A stretch of 64,000 nucleotides of DNA from a virus: the IMG/VR virus record IMGVR_UViG_3300023174_000130, positions 1-64,000 of that record. The stretch is one strand, 5' to 3'. The translations under genes were made by a program, and so were the position numbers. This document shows, piece by piece, positions 20,627 to 30,897 of this stretch. How positions within the stretch are numbered: the stretch's first letter is position 1; the number at the start of each line of letters is the position of its first letter. The notes under the pieces are model-generated. The model did not search any database. It had not been told where the DNA came from and saw only the letters and a list, made by a program, of their open reading frames with translations.

Positions 20627-22348
20627 TTATACCTGAACCTTGATTTTTGAAAAATTATTTTTCTTTTCAAATTGCAAAGTTTGGTCAAACTTATCAACCA
20701 GTGCATCAGCTTTGTGGCTAATGATGTAGATTGAACATTTGTTCTTCATCTTATTCAATACTTTCATAAATGCCTCCGTACCCGCTGAATCCAAAGATGA
20801 ATCTAGAATTTCATCAAAGATCAATAGATTACAATTGAGGCTGTTCTTCATCTTAGCAACTTCACGCCAAGTCAGCAGGATCGCCAAGTCGATGCGTTGT
20901 TTCTCTCCCTCAGAGAAAGAGGAATATGAGAATGCATCTCTGTATCGTGACTTGATGGTCTCCTTGAATTCCTCATCGATTGTGAAGTCAACATAGAGAT
21001 TAAGCTTTCCGAGGAACTTGTTGACGAGTCCATTGATGATGGGAACATAATGTTTGATAATGCGGCTCTTAAGCCCCCCATCTTTGAGGATATCATAAAC
21101 AACATCATAGTGAATTTGTTGAGAGATAAAAGATTCAAGTTTTTTGGCAATATCATTCTTTTTATTTTCCGATTCATTCAGGCTATTTTCCAGTATAGAA
21201 ATATTGCTTGAGGCTTCTTTGTCTTTCTTATCTTTTTCAATTACTTTGATATTGGATTCTGCATTTCCAATTCTATAATTCAAAGCATTTATGTCTTGGA
21301 CTTTTCCTCTAGACAAGATCATGAGTTTTTCATATTCTTTCTTAGATGCTTCTAGCTCAATATTTTTCTTTTCCGCAACTTTAAGTGCCTCAGAACAATC
21401 TTTGGCTTTCTTGCGTTTTTCTTCCAGATGTTTTTCTTTTTGATCTTTGGGCAGAACTTGCAAGCAACACTTGCAGGTTGCATTTTCTTCTAGTGCCTTG
21501 ATGTCATCCAGTAGTGTAGCATGTAGAGTTTCTGTCTTCACTAACATAGATGGAACATCTTTTAAAGATTCAATCTTTTTGTTAATCTTTGTTATTTGAT
21601 CTCCAAGTTTTTTATGATCATCAAGTTCAGTCTTAACTACAACTCTATCTTGATCTATTTGCTCTTGGTATTCTTTAATGCGATTTACAAGAACATTTAT
21701 ATCATCAGCATTGCTAGTCTTTACTTGATCAATAAATTCTTTTTGAGACTTGATCTTTTCATGAGCAATCTTGACCAAACTTTCATGCTCTCCAATAGAC
21801 ACCTTCAACGAACTCAGTTGGCCCTTTACGTGCTGGTTCATATCTGCCAAGATATCAAGATCCAAAAGACCTTCAATAATCTTACGGCGTTCCGAAGGAG
21901 TCAACTGCATGAATGGTATGAAGTTTGATTTACCAAGGATGACAACCTGCTTAAAGGCTGCATAATCAAATCCAAGAATATGCTCTTCAAACATTTCTTG
22001 GTAATCTTTTGACTTAGCATTCTGGTCAATCATATTACCATCTTTGATAATTTCAAAGATCTTTGGAGATAGACCACGACGAACCAAGTAATGAGATCCT
22101 GCCTTGTTGAATTCTATTTCAACTAGGCAATTCTTGCCATTAACGGTGTTTACAAGCTGCGGTATATTAATGGGTCGGAAGGGCTTTCCAAACAATCCAA
22201 AGCACAGGGAGTCCAATAGCGCAAAAGACTTTCCATGTCCGTTGGTACCCGTGACTAGCGTAGTCTTATGGCTATTTAATTTAATCTCTGAAAAATTTGT
22301 GCCAAACGATCCAAAATTTTTAAACCGAACTGTTAAAAATTCAATCAC
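20627..22348 (-). CDS. gp46: recombination endonuclease ATPase subunit (Rad50/SbcC-like)
   Basis: GTNGHGKS Walker A, CKCC hook, FSEGEKQRIDLA signature, LIFDEILD Walker B. Confidence 0.96.
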   Translation of the reverse strand: MIEFLTVRFKNFGSFGTNFSEIKLNSHKTTLVTGTNGHGKSFALLDSLCFGLFGKPFRPINIPQLVNTVNGKNCLVEIEFNKAGSHYLVRRGLSPKIFEIIKDGNMIDQNAKSKDYQEMFEEHILGFDYAAFKQVVILGKSNFIPFMQLTPSERRKIIEGLLDLDILADMNQHVKGQLSSLKVSIGEHESLVKIAHEKIKSQKEFIDQVKTSNADDINVLVNRIKEYQEQIDQDRVVVKTELDDHKKLGDQITKINKKIESLKDVPSMLVKTETLHATLLDDIKALEENATCKCCLQVLPKDQKEKHLEEKRKKAKDCSEALKVAEKKNIELEASKKEYEKLMILSRGKVQDINALNYRIGNAESNIKVIEKDKKDKEASSNISILENSLNESENKKNDIAKKLESFISQQIHYDVVYDILKDGGLKSRIIKHYVPIINGLVNKFLGKLNLYVDFTIDEEFKETIKSRYRDAFSYSSFSEGEKQRIDLAILLTWREVAKMKNSLNCNLLIFDEILDSSLDSAGTEAFMKVLNKMKNKCSIYIISHKADALVDKFDQTLQFEKKNNFSKIKVQV

Positions 22349-23391
22349 TCTTCATCCTTTGATAGTGCATTATTATACGCTTCATCTATGATACGTGCAA
22401 GAAACTTCTTGTCAATAGACTTTTCCTGAATAGTCTCAAGTTCTTCGTGTAGAAGTTGGAGAGTATCCTTATGAACATCTACGGCTACCAGTTCAGGGTT
22501 TGCAGATACCTCTTCAGTCACTGCCAGTTCTGCCACGCCTGCTTCATAGAATTTATCCATGTATTTTTCAAAACTCGCAGCCTTCGTGCGCTTCTTGATA
22601 AAAATCTTGACATAGCAGTCCTTGAACTTTGAGTAGTCAAGTTTTTCTGGTTCGTCTTCATTATAATCAAACGTATAGAATAACTTTTTGTTATTTTCGA
22701 CAAATACCAGTTCTCTAGCCAAAAAGTCAAATGTGTGGAATCCCTTTGGTTCCCATACATCCGAGAAAGCCATCTGGTATTGCGTCCCCAGATAATGAAT
22801 ATTGTCACGAGTGGACTTAATATGATAATGCCCAGTAAGAACGTATTCAAACTTGTCGAAGTGTTTGGGGTCATATCCTTGCTCTATAAAGATACCACGA
22901 ATACTCTGAAATCCAAATAATTCCAGATGTCCCATAAGAAGAGAGCATGTGGTATTGGTGATAAACTTTGCTGCCTGTCCTTCATTTTCTGGATTGATCC
23001 ACGGTAGAAGAGCAACGCAACCTGCTGAGGTTTGAATCTCTGTTGGCTCAGAATAGATTTCCCAGTTTTGATATGGGGCAACCAACTCATGCAATGAATT
23101 TACATTGTTATTATTGCGATAATAAGTATCATGATTACCACAAATGGCAATGCATTTTACTCCCATGTCTCTTAAAGGTTCAAAGAACCTAGTTCTGACT
23201 TGATGTAGTGTCTTAAAGTTTATATACTTTCTACGGTCAAAAACATCTCCCAGATGGAAGATGGTCTTGATGTTGTTTTCCTTCAAATAAGGAAACAATT
23301 GTTCTTCAAAAAATGATAAAAAGTATTCAAGTACGATAGGAGAATCGGCCTTATAGCCGAAATGAGTATCGTTAAGAATTATTGCTTTCAT
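22345..23391 (-). CDS. gp47: recombination endonuclease nuclease subunit (Mre11/SbcD-like)
   Basis: DTHFG, HLGDVFDRRK, GNHD, GHLE, GHYH. Confidence 0.96.
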   Translation of the reverse strand: MKAIILNDTHFGYKADSPIVLEYFLSFFEEQLFPYLKENNIKTIFHLGDVFDRRKYINFKTLHQVRTRFFEPLRDMGVKCIAICGNHDTYYRNNNNVNSLHELVAPYQNWEIYSEPTEIQTSAGCVALLPWINPENEGQAAKFITNTTCSLLMGHLELFGFQSIRGIFIEQGYDPKHFDKFEYVLTGHYHIKSTRDNIHYLGTQYQMAFSDVWEPKGFHTFDFLARELVFVENNKKLFYTFDYNEDEPEKLDYSKFKDCYVKIFIKKRTKAASFEKYMDKFYEAGVAELAVTEEVSANPELVAVDVHKDTLQLLHEELETIQEKSIDKKFLARIIDEAYNNALSKDEE

Positions 23392-23957
23392 ATGTCAAGA
23401 GTATCTTTTTTAGATTTTCTTTTTCTTTTAATAGAAGTTTTGGCTGGCTTTAACATATCATCAAATCGTTTCATGTCAAGATCAGTCAAGCCAAAGAAAT
23501 CTCTTCGTCCTATATCGATACCAGCATAAGTTTCATTAAACCAGTTATGAAAATCTTTATCATTCTGCTGTTCTGCGTATTTGTACTGCGTGTACTTTTC
23601 TTTCTTTTCTTTGTTTATAATACGCACAAAAGAAAACCAGCAAATCTGTGTTAGATAGCCAAATGGGCTAGTAGACTTGCTGGGGTCAAAGTTATCAATA
23701 TAAGTTATGCAATTTAATACTGCATCTGATACCATCTCTTCTCTATACGGATAATTTGCAAAATTTGGTCTGAATGATAAACGTGATGCTATTTTTAAAA
23801 CACATTCACCTATAAAATCAGGTAACTTTGGTTTCTTTCTTCCAGCATTTTCGGCATCATCACGCTTTTTACGATATTCTACTAAAGCATCATATAGTTC
23901 TTGATTACTTACGTAATCTGCATCCGATGCTTTCTTTTTCTTTTTAGGTTGTTTCAC
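23388..23957 (-). CDS. gp55: late-transcription sigma factor
   Basis: YVSNQELY...IGECVLKIASRLSFRPNFANYPYREEMVSDA...PFGYLTQICWFSFVRII. Confidence 0.95.
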   Translation of the reverse strand: MKQPKKKKKASDADYVSNQELYDALVEYRKKRDDAENAGRKKPKLPDFIGECVLKIASRLSFRPNFANYPYREEMVSDAVLNCITYIDNFDPSKSTSPFGYLTQICWFSFVRIINKEKKEKYTQYKYAEQQNDKDFHNWFNETYAGIDIGRRDFFGLTDLDMKRFDDMLKPAKTSIKRKRKSKKDTLDI

Positions 23958-23963
23958 AATAGT

Positions 23964-23991
23964 ATTATACTATAAAAAATTAAATTGTCAA
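23964..23991 (-). promoter_or_regulatory. sigma70-like early promoter (gp55-47-46), probably leaderless
   Basis: TTGACA-N16-TATAAT; GTG start 6 nt after the -10 box. Confidence 0.8.
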
Positions 23992-24010
23992 TTACTAATT
24001 AAAATAATAA

Positions 24011-24607
24011 TTAATGCCATTCCATTATAGAAATGTTCATTTTTGCAAATTCATTAATTATTTCATTTTTTTCTTGTATTTTTACATTACGATTTTCGTA
24101 CCAAAACCCATCATGCCACTCTATTATTAATTGATTAACAGTAAATAAATTTTTACAATTTAATAAATCCTTTAAAAATTCAAATTCTGCTCCCTCAATG
24201 TCGCATTTTATTTTTACTGAATCTGTTGGTTGTATATCACACAATTTAAAAAGAGTATTAGCAGAAATGCATTTAACTTGAATTTTTGACCACTCCCATT
24301 CTGGTTGTTTCCAAAGTTCTTTAAGATTGGGAGGATCGCTTAAAATATTACAGGCTTCGCTTGTTTTACTCTTATCTAAATTAAATGTTACTATATCGTC
24401 TTTATTGCCAACAGCATAATCATATAAATTAATATATTGAAAATTTTTTGTATTTTCTTCAAGTTTTTTTAATGCTTCACTATAAACATTTGGATTTGGT
24501 TCAAAACAATAAATTCCATAAGAGCTATCTATTATGTTTTTATTATAAAGATGGTTTAATCCTTCAAACTTATGCGATCCGAGATCTATTAATTTATTTT
24601 TATTCAT
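24011..24607 (-). CDS. FkbM-family SAM methyltransferase
   Basis: IDLGSH, YCFEPNP, IKCDIEGAEF, IIEWH. Confidence 0.85.
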   Translation of the reverse strand: MNKNKLIDLGSHKFEGLNHLYNKNIIDSSYGIYCFEPNPNVYSEALKKLEENTKNFQYINLYDYAVGNKDDIVTFNLDKSKTSEACNILSDPPNLKELWKQPEWEWSKIQVKCISANTLFKLCDIQPTDSVKIKCDIEGAEFEFLKDLLNCKNLFTVNQLIIEWHDGFWYENRNVKIQEKNEIINEFAKMNISIMEWH

Positions 24608-24614
24608 GATATAT

Positions 24615-25550
24615 TTATTTATTTAATTTTAGCCATTCTGGTAAATTAATTTTTGGATTCCATCCCAATTCTTTTTTAATTTTAGAATTATTTGCTAAAG
24701 TAATTCTAGCTTCACCAAGCCGCGGTTTAATAAATTGTTTTTCTCCACCTATTATATTTGCAATTTCATTTATTGAATAATTTATACCAGTACCAACATT
24801 ATATATTTGTCCAAATTGATAAATTGTTTGTTTAGTACCATTTATTTGCCACTCATCAAATTCTTTAACTGCTGCTAATATATTTGCATTAACAACATCT
24901 GAAACATGAGTAAAATCTCTTCTTTGTTCTCCATCACCAACTATGGTCATAGGTTCTCCATTTTTCTTTTGTCTTTGAAAAATTCCTATAACTGGAGCAT
25001 ACTGCCCCTTTAGTGGCTGACGTTCGCCGTATACATTAAAATATCTAAAAATTATTGTTTCTAAATTATACAATTTAGAATACATTTTACACAATTCTTC
25101 ACCAGAAGTTTTAGTTACGGAATAAGGATTGAGACAATCATTTGGCATATCTTCATTTAATGGTGGTGTATTTTTTAATCCATATGCAGAAGAAGTTGAT
25201 GAATATACTACTCGTTTAACTTTATGTTTTCTAGATAATTCTAATATTGTGGCAGTTCCAACTACATTTGCTTCGACTGCCTTTAAGGGATCTATGATAC
25301 ATGGCTGAATTCTTGCTTCTGCGGCAATGTGAAATACTACATCTGGTTGGTGTCTTTCAAAGACATCGGAGCACATTTCATAATCACAAATATTGTACTT
25401 GTAATTATTTGCCTTTTTATTCCAGTAAAACTGATCATGTGCATCAGACGATTCATTATCAATTACAGTAACATTATGCCCACTTTCAATTAATTTGTCA
25501 ACTAAATTTGAACCAATAAAACCTGCTCCACCTGTTATTAAATAATTCAT
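24615..25550 (-). CDS. NAD-dependent NDP-sugar epimerase/dehydratase
   Basis: TGGAGFIGS, YSSTSSAYG, PYSVTK (YxxxK), RYFNVYG, RDFTHV. Confidence 0.93.
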   Translation of the reverse strand: MNYLITGGAGFIGSNLVDKLIESGHNVTVIDNESSDAHDQFYWNKKANNYKYNICDYEMCSDVFERHQPDVVFHIAAEARIQPCIIDPLKAVEANVVGTATILELSRKHKVKRVVYSSTSSAYGLKNTPPLNEDMPNDCLNPYSVTKTSGEELCKMYSKLYNLETIIFRYFNVYGERQPLKGQYAPVIGIFQRQKKNGEPMTIVGDGEQRRDFTHVSDVVNANILAAVKEFDEWQINGTKQTIYQFGQIYNVGTGINYSINEIANIIGGEKQFIKPRLGEARITLANNSKIKKELGWNPKINLPEWLKLNK

Positions 25551-25574
25551 ATAATTTTTTTTAATAAAAATTGT

Positions 25575-26282
25575 TTATGCACAATACCGAACATCGAATA
25601 AAGGCATGTGTATTTTACCATCACCATTAAAGTGTATAAAATATGGTATAGAATTTGTTTCTTTAAAAGTAAGTTGTTTAGATTCTTTGTTTATAATAAA
25701 ATCTTCATTATTATTAAGCAAAAATGTATTAATAAAAATATTTGCAGTTGTATCAAGTTTTACTGAGAAGTACGGATCATGAAAAGAATTGTAGTAAATA
25801 GTTTCCATAAAACCTTGGTCGGTAAATCTTCTCCATGTCATATGATTTTCTATAGAAAGAGAACTTTCAAATAACTCTATCATATATTCTCTATATCCAA
25901 TCCAGCAACCCGCACAAGGAAATTTTAATTTTGTATTTGATTTTGAAGCTAAAAAACTTTCGTATTCTTTAAATGGAAAACAATTTGCCTCTCCAGATAT
26001 TAATAATTTGCATTCATGTTTTTTAAAATCTTCTTCTATATTTGTTAGGGATTTATTTACCAATACATCAAAAGCATCTACAAGAATTACAATTTCATCA
26101 TCAATATTTTTCATTGCTTCTGCGGCATGAAACATTTTAGTATGATAAAAATCGGTACTGGTACTTCCATCTGTATATAAGATTAGATTTTCACTATGTT
26201 CTGGAGAATATTTTTGTAAACTATTTACCAGCGGATTTGCGTATTCTTTATTGTTTGTAAAACAAGGGGATATTATTTTCAT
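25575..26282 (-). CDS. glycosyltransferase resembling the PLOD/procollagen lysyl-hydroxylase GT domain
   Basis: ILVDAFDV, ISGEANCFP, FPCAGCWIG, DQGF, LDTTANIF, IHFNG. Confidence 0.7.
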   Translation of the reverse strand: MKIISPCFTNNKEYANPLVNSLQKYSPEHSENLILYTDGSTSTDFYHTKMFHAAEAMKNIDDEIVILVDAFDVLVNKSLTNIEEDFKKHECKLLISGEANCFPFKEYESFLASKSNTKLKFPCAGCWIGYREYMIELFESSLSIENHMTWRRFTDQGFMETIYYNSFHDPYFSVKLDTTANIFINTFLLNNNEDFIINKESKQLTFKETNSIPYFIHFNGDGKIHMPLFDVRYCA

Positions 26283-26285
26283 ATA

Positions 26286-27002
26286 TTACTCGTATTTTAA
26301 TATACCATCAATGAAATTTGAATTCATATATTTTTTTAAAATATTTGCATTTGGAATAACGCAATGGCCACCAATTTTTTCTGTTGCATATAATACGGGC
26401 CGAATTACATTATTTTTGTTAAGTTTAATATAGCCATCATTATAAGAGGTGTTAAATGAAGTCATTACTTCATCAAAATCAAGTTTATTTAAATCACATA
26501 ATTGTTTTACATCAGCATGAAAAGCTATACATAATCCATAATATGTTGTGTCAAGTAATTTTCCATATTCTGTAGTTAAAGTATTTTTACAAATATAAAA
26601 AGGTATTTGTAATTCATTTAAATGTTCTGAATAAAGAGTTGCAGCTTCTTTTATTTCTGAACCAATATACTTTAAAAAAGTTTTTATGCCTATATCTAAA
26701 TTTGGATGTAACCCGCGCACCGGTGAATGGCAAACAAGGCCATTAATTTGTTTAGTAGTTCCCGGTGCAACTGTGGAATGTATAACAGTTAAAACTGGTT
26801 TAAATTTAAAAATATAATCATTTATAATTTTAACAAAAGATTCTGAAAAAGGAATACAAATATTTAAAATATCACAATTTTTTAAATCGTCATTGTGATT
26901 TGTTTTTGGATCAATTATTTTTGGAGTATATCCTTTTTCAATATAAATTTTATTTAAACTGCTTCCTATTTCACCCAAACCAATAATTCCTATATTTTTC
27001 AT
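26286..27002 (-). CDS. UDP-glucose/GDP-mannose dehydrogenase family, short form (238 aa)
   Basis: GIIGLGEIG, HSTVAPGTT, HSPVRG, EYGKL, catalytic IGGHCV. Confidence 0.8.
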   Translation of the reverse strand: MKNIGIIGLGEIGSSLNKIYIEKGYTPKIIDPKTNHNDDLKNCDILNICIPFSESFVKIINDYIFKFKPVLTVIHSTVAPGTTKQINGLVCHSPVRGLHPNLDIGIKTFLKYIGSEIKEAATLYSEHLNELQIPFYICKNTLTTEYGKLLDTTYYGLCIAFHADVKQLCDLNKLDFDEVMTSFNTSYNDGYIKLNKNNVIRPVLYATEKIGGHCVIPNANILKKYMNSNFIDGILKYE

Positions 27003-27007
27003 GTTAT

Positions 27008-27616
27008 TTATTCTAATATAAAAAGATCATCGTTACCAGAAATTTTTTCACAATATTTGTAACCTTTAGTATATAAAAAATCTAAAGTATATTTTTGATA
27101 ATCAGGTCTGTTTGCAGTCTCAATCAAAATATATTTTGGTTTTATTTTATTAAAATTTAAACCTAAAAGAGCTGCAACTTCATATCCTTCCAAATCTAAA
27201 GATAAAAAATCTATCTGTTTAACATTATTTGTATCAAAAATATATTCCAAGGTCAATGCTGGAACTTCAACACCACCTTCGTTAATTTTACCGTAAATTT
27301 CTTGTTTTTGGTGTTCTGTAAAATAATCAGGAATATCAAATATTGCACACATTAAACTATTTCTGTCTGTTCTTAAAAAATTTCCTTTTACAGTTTTGTC
27401 TTTATATTCATTTGATACAAGAGCACCATGTATGGTTTTAACTTTTCTATTTAAACAACATTGATTATATTTTGTTGGATTTGGTTCAACCAAAATACCA
27501 TTCCACCCGTTTAATTCCAAAAAATGTGTATTACTTTCTTCAAGTCCATCATTGGCTCCAGCTTCAAAAAAGAAACCATTTTTTATTGATGCTAAAATTT
27601 CCTGCAATCTACTCAT
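27008..27616 (-). CDS. FkbM-family SAM methyltransferase
   Basis: FFEAGANDG, WNGILVEPN, IDFLSLDLEGYE, YILIE. Confidence 0.88.
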   Translation of the reverse strand: MSRLQEILASIKNGFFFEAGANDGLEESNTHFLELNGWNGILVEPNPTKYNQCCLNRKVKTIHGALVSNEYKDKTVKGNFLRTDRNSLMCAIFDIPDYFTEHQKQEIYGKINEGGVEVPALTLEYIFDTNNVKQIDFLSLDLEGYEVAALLGLNFNKIKPKYILIETANRPDYQKYTLDFLYTKGYKYCEKISGNDDLFILE

Positions 27617-28584
27617 TGTATTTTACCTTTATAATAATCAATCACTTCTTTAATAACATCTTCTACGTATTTAGTAGGCTTCCATCCGAGTTCTTTTTTA
27701 ATTTTATCGCTATTTGGAATTTTTTCAGGTGCTTCAGAAAATAATGGACCATGAAGGTCTTTTGGATCTACATGAATAATTTTTGAATTGCTTCCTGTAA
27801 GCTCTTTTACTTTTTCTGCCAAATATAAAATTGTTTGTTCATTCAACTCATTTCCAACGTTCCATTCATTGTTCCATAAATGGTCTGGTGCAACGGATGT
27901 AAGATATATCCCATTTACAATATCTTTAACCCATGTAAATGCCCTTAGTTGCTGTCCAGAATAATAAACTGTTATATCTTTATTTTTTAATGCCTGAGAT
28001 ACAAATCTTGGCAACACAAATCCACCATCTGGCAATTGATATTTACCAGTTACATTAAAAGGTCTTATAATCTGATATTTAAAATCTTTATTGATTTTTG
28101 TATGATTTGACAAAACAATTTCTGATAAAAGTTTTGCCATTGCATATTCATTTCTTACAGTAAATTCACCATGCAAAACTTTATCATCTTGTTCTTGCAA
28201 ATAACTTTTATGATCTCTATGTCCATAAATTTCTGAAGTTGAAATAAAAATGAATGGGCAGTTATTTTTATTTGCTCCATTAATGGCCCAATAGATGTCA
28301 TCTAATATGGTTCTTGCCATTCTACCAGAGTGCTTTAGAACTCCAACCGGACCTACGGGTGAAGCTAGATGCAATATTAGATCAAATTTGGGTAGATCAT
28401 GCCAATCGACATTCAAAATATTTTTTATGATTACTTCAGTATCACTTAAAATACTATGAGATGTTTGTATGGCATTGGAAGATAAATCATCTATGATCCA
28501 TATCTTCCATCCTTCTGCTTTCCATTTTTCAATGCAATGAGTACCAATAAAACCTAAACCACCTGTAATAAGTACCGTTTTCAT
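27613..28584 (-). CDS. NAD-dependent NDP-sugar epimerase/decarboxylase (UXS-like)
   Basis: TGGLGFIG, HLASPVG, STSEIYG, YAMAK, RPFNVTG. Confidence 0.88.
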   Translation of the reverse strand: MKTVLITGGLGFIGTHCIEKWKAEGWKIWIIDDLSSNAIQTSHSILSDTEVIIKNILNVDWHDLPKFDLILHLASPVGPVGVLKHSGRMARTILDDIYWAINGANKNNCPFIFISTSEIYGHRDHKSYLQEQDDKVLHGEFTVRNEYAMAKLLSEIVLSNHTKINKDFKYQIIRPFNVTGKYQLPDGGFVLPRFVSQALKNKDITVYYSGQQLRAFTWVKDIVNGIYLTSVAPDHLWNNEWNVGNELNEQTILYLAEKVKELTGSNSKIIHVDPKDLHGPLFSEAPEKIPNSDKIKKELGWKPTKYVEDVIKEVIDYYKGKIQ

Positions 28585-28587
28585 AAT

Positions 28588-29178
28588 TTAATACCACTCA
28601 TGTAAAATAATATTTGCTTCATTAATTTTTTGTTTAATATGATTTTCATCATATTTATTTACCAACATTCTATTATGCCATTCAACATATAAAATTTTTA
28701 TATAATTTAAATTGTTTTTTTCTATCATTTTTTCAAGTATGGGATACTCAGCTCCCTCTATGTCCATTTTACAAATTATATAATCATTTTTTGAAAAATT
28801 ATCTTCAATAAATTGCATCAAATCTATAGTTTCACTAAAACCACCATCCTTAATGTATTGATCATCAATATAATGTGGTTTTAAAAAATTATCTTCTAAT
28901 ATATTAGAAGCTCCACCAACCCATCCAACTTCATGGGGGCAGTATTCCATTGTTAATTTTTTAAATCCAGTATCAGTCCAAACTGCTTTATTGAATACTT
29001 CAAACTTTTTAAAAGATTTTTTTAAAAAAATATTATTATTTAATTTATTTAAAAATTTATCATATGTTAATTTATTTGCTTCAAAACAATACACTTCAAA
29101 ATCTTCATCAAGATTATTTTGTATTTTTTGTAATCCCTGCCCCAAATTTGTTCCACAATCTAAAAATATTTTTCTCAT
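28588..29178 (-). CDS. FkbM-family SAM methyltransferase
   Basis: FLDCGTNLGQG, CFEAN, CKMDIEGAEY, YVEWH. Confidence 0.88.
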   Translation of the reverse strand: MRKIFLDCGTNLGQGLQKIQNNLDEDFEVYCFEANKLTYDKFLNKLNNNIFLKKSFKKFEVFNKAVWTDTGFKKLTMEYCPHEVGWVGGASNILEDNFLKPHYIDDQYIKDGGFSETIDLMQFIEDNFSKNDYIICKMDIEGAEYPILEKMIEKNNLNYIKILYVEWHNRMLVNKYDENHIKQKINEANIILHEWY

Positions 29179-29192
29179 TTCATTTACCTTTT

Positions 29193-29930
29193 TTATTTGT
29201 ATGATTGTATAATTACTCTGTTTCCAATCATATTGGAGCTTGAACTGCCGGAATTTGGTTTGTGATACCCTATATTTAACATAGATTTATCCCAAGATAA
29301 CCAGCTATTTTTGATATTTGTATTGTTATCACCTATGAATAAATCCCAATGTTGATATGTTTGTTCTGGAAGTTTTTTGTATACCACATCATAGTGGTTA
29401 AAGTCGTACTTGGCTCTCAAATGTTCCTCTCTACATTGTCCTTGTGGATGATTTAGTGGTGATCTCCAACCATAATCATACTGAGCTTCTTGGCTTTCGT
29501 ACAGAGCTAAATTATTTAATTTAATTCTCCAAACCCAATCTCGGTCTTCCCACCCTTGTATAAATCTTTCATCCCACCAACCAATTGTTCGAATAAGTTC
29601 TTTTGAAAATCCCATAAACCCCACATTATATAATAAAACACAAGAAAAACCATTTTCCAAAAGATGTAACATTTTTTTTACTTCTTCTGGTTTTGGAGAA
29701 CATCTATCGTTTATTAAAACCACCCATTCTGTAGGTGAAGTGACTACAGAATGATTAATTAACTGAGAATAAGTCGGATACATTTTGGGATAACGGTCAA
29801 TACGATTATTCCAGTGAACATCATATTCTTCAGTTATTGGTTTTAACATCTGCATTTGGCGTTCTACAACATCTTTATTACAACCACAATGCAAACAAAT
29901 TGTAAAATCTTTTATTTTAAATGGTAGCAT
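29193..29930 (-). CDS. GT-A fold glycosyltransferase (GT2/GT7-C-like)
   Basis: VVLINDR, IGWWDERFIQGWEDRDWVWR. Confidence 0.75.
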   Translation of the reverse strand: MLPFKIKDFTICLHCGCNKDVVERQMQMLKPITEEYDVHWNNRIDRYPKMYPTYSQLINHSVVTSPTEWVVLINDRCSPKPEEVKKMLHLLENGFSCVLLYNVGFMGFSKELIRTIGWWDERFIQGWEDRDWVWRIKLNNLALYESQEAQYDYGWRSPLNHPQGQCREEHLRAKYDFNHYDVVYKKLPEQTYQHWDLFIGDNNTNIKNSWLSWDKSMLNIGYHKPNSGSSSSNMIGNRVIIQSYK

Positions 29931-30897
29931 ATAGATTAGACTTTATAGTATCAACAATGTATTTAGCTCTTGCTGTAGTGGTTGCATTTTTAAATAACCA
30001 CTGTCGTTGTTGGTTCAACATATCCACATAATCATCTGTGGGCTTATTATTTATTACAAGTCGATTCATTATATGATCTAATTCTTCTTTTGAAGAATAT
30101 GAATAACATGGTAAATTTTGTGGAGAGCATAGTGGTGGTTTTTTATCATAGTCTTTAAAAAGAAGTAATGCACCTGAAGCAATTATTTCATAATGTCTAA
30201 GGCAATCCCATCCACCTTTTTTGCACGTAACCCCAAACCAAGATTCTTGCATATCTTTGTAATAAGGATCCTCTTCAGTAAATACGTGATGTTTTCTAGT
30301 ACCCAATTCAGGATCATTTCCAAAAATAGCGCTACTAGGAGCTGTTTTTGGTAATAATTTATTTTTTATAGATAAGTCTATTGGCTTTATTTGGTACTCT
30401 GGAATTCCAAAACCTGTTGGATATATATTTTTTTCTAAAAATACCAATTCTCTTTTAAAAGAATTCTTTTTTTGATTTCCTATAATATACTCTTCATCAT
30501 AGATTTTCATTATTGGTGCAGTTCCATATAAATCATGTCCATCAAGATACCAAATTTTTGATTCATCATAATTGTCATATATAAATTTATATTCTGGGTA
30601 ACCATCATATTGACCTAACGTTCCAAAAAGAATTGCATCAAATTTTATATTTAATATGTTGTTTCTTTTTTGAGCATCAATATTTTTTATTGGAAGCTTA
30701 TATAATGTAAATCCTCTTCCGTGCAATGAATCTTTTTTTGTATTAGACCAGTCGTGATACATAACTTTTTTTTCTGGATAATCTACGCAATTATCTCCAA
30801 GGATAGTTCGTAAACCGTGCAATATTCCAACTTCAAGTAAATCTCCCTGTGCCAGAGGATTTGCAGTAGTTATATACAATAAATTTAAATTCTCCAT
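29917..30897 (-). CDS. putative GT-B glycosyltransferase
   Basis: YLDGHD, FKREL, KKGGWDCLRHYEIIASGALL. Confidence 0.6.
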   Translation of the reverse strand: MENLNLLYITTANPLAQGDLLEVGILHGLRTILGDNCVDYPEKKVMYHDWSNTKKDSLHGRGFTLYKLPIKNIDAQKRNNILNIKFDAILFGTLGQYDGYPEYKFIYDNYDESKIWYLDGHDLYGTAPIMKIYDEEYIIGNQKKNSFKRELVFLEKNIYPTGFGIPEYQIKPIDLSIKNKLLPKTAPSSAIFGNDPELGTRKHHVFTEEDPYYKDMQESWFGVTCKKGGWDCLRHYEIIASGALLLFKDYDKKPPLCSPQNLPCYSYSSKEELDHIMNRLVINNKPTDDYVDMLNQQRQWLFKNATTTARAKYIVDTIKSNLYATI

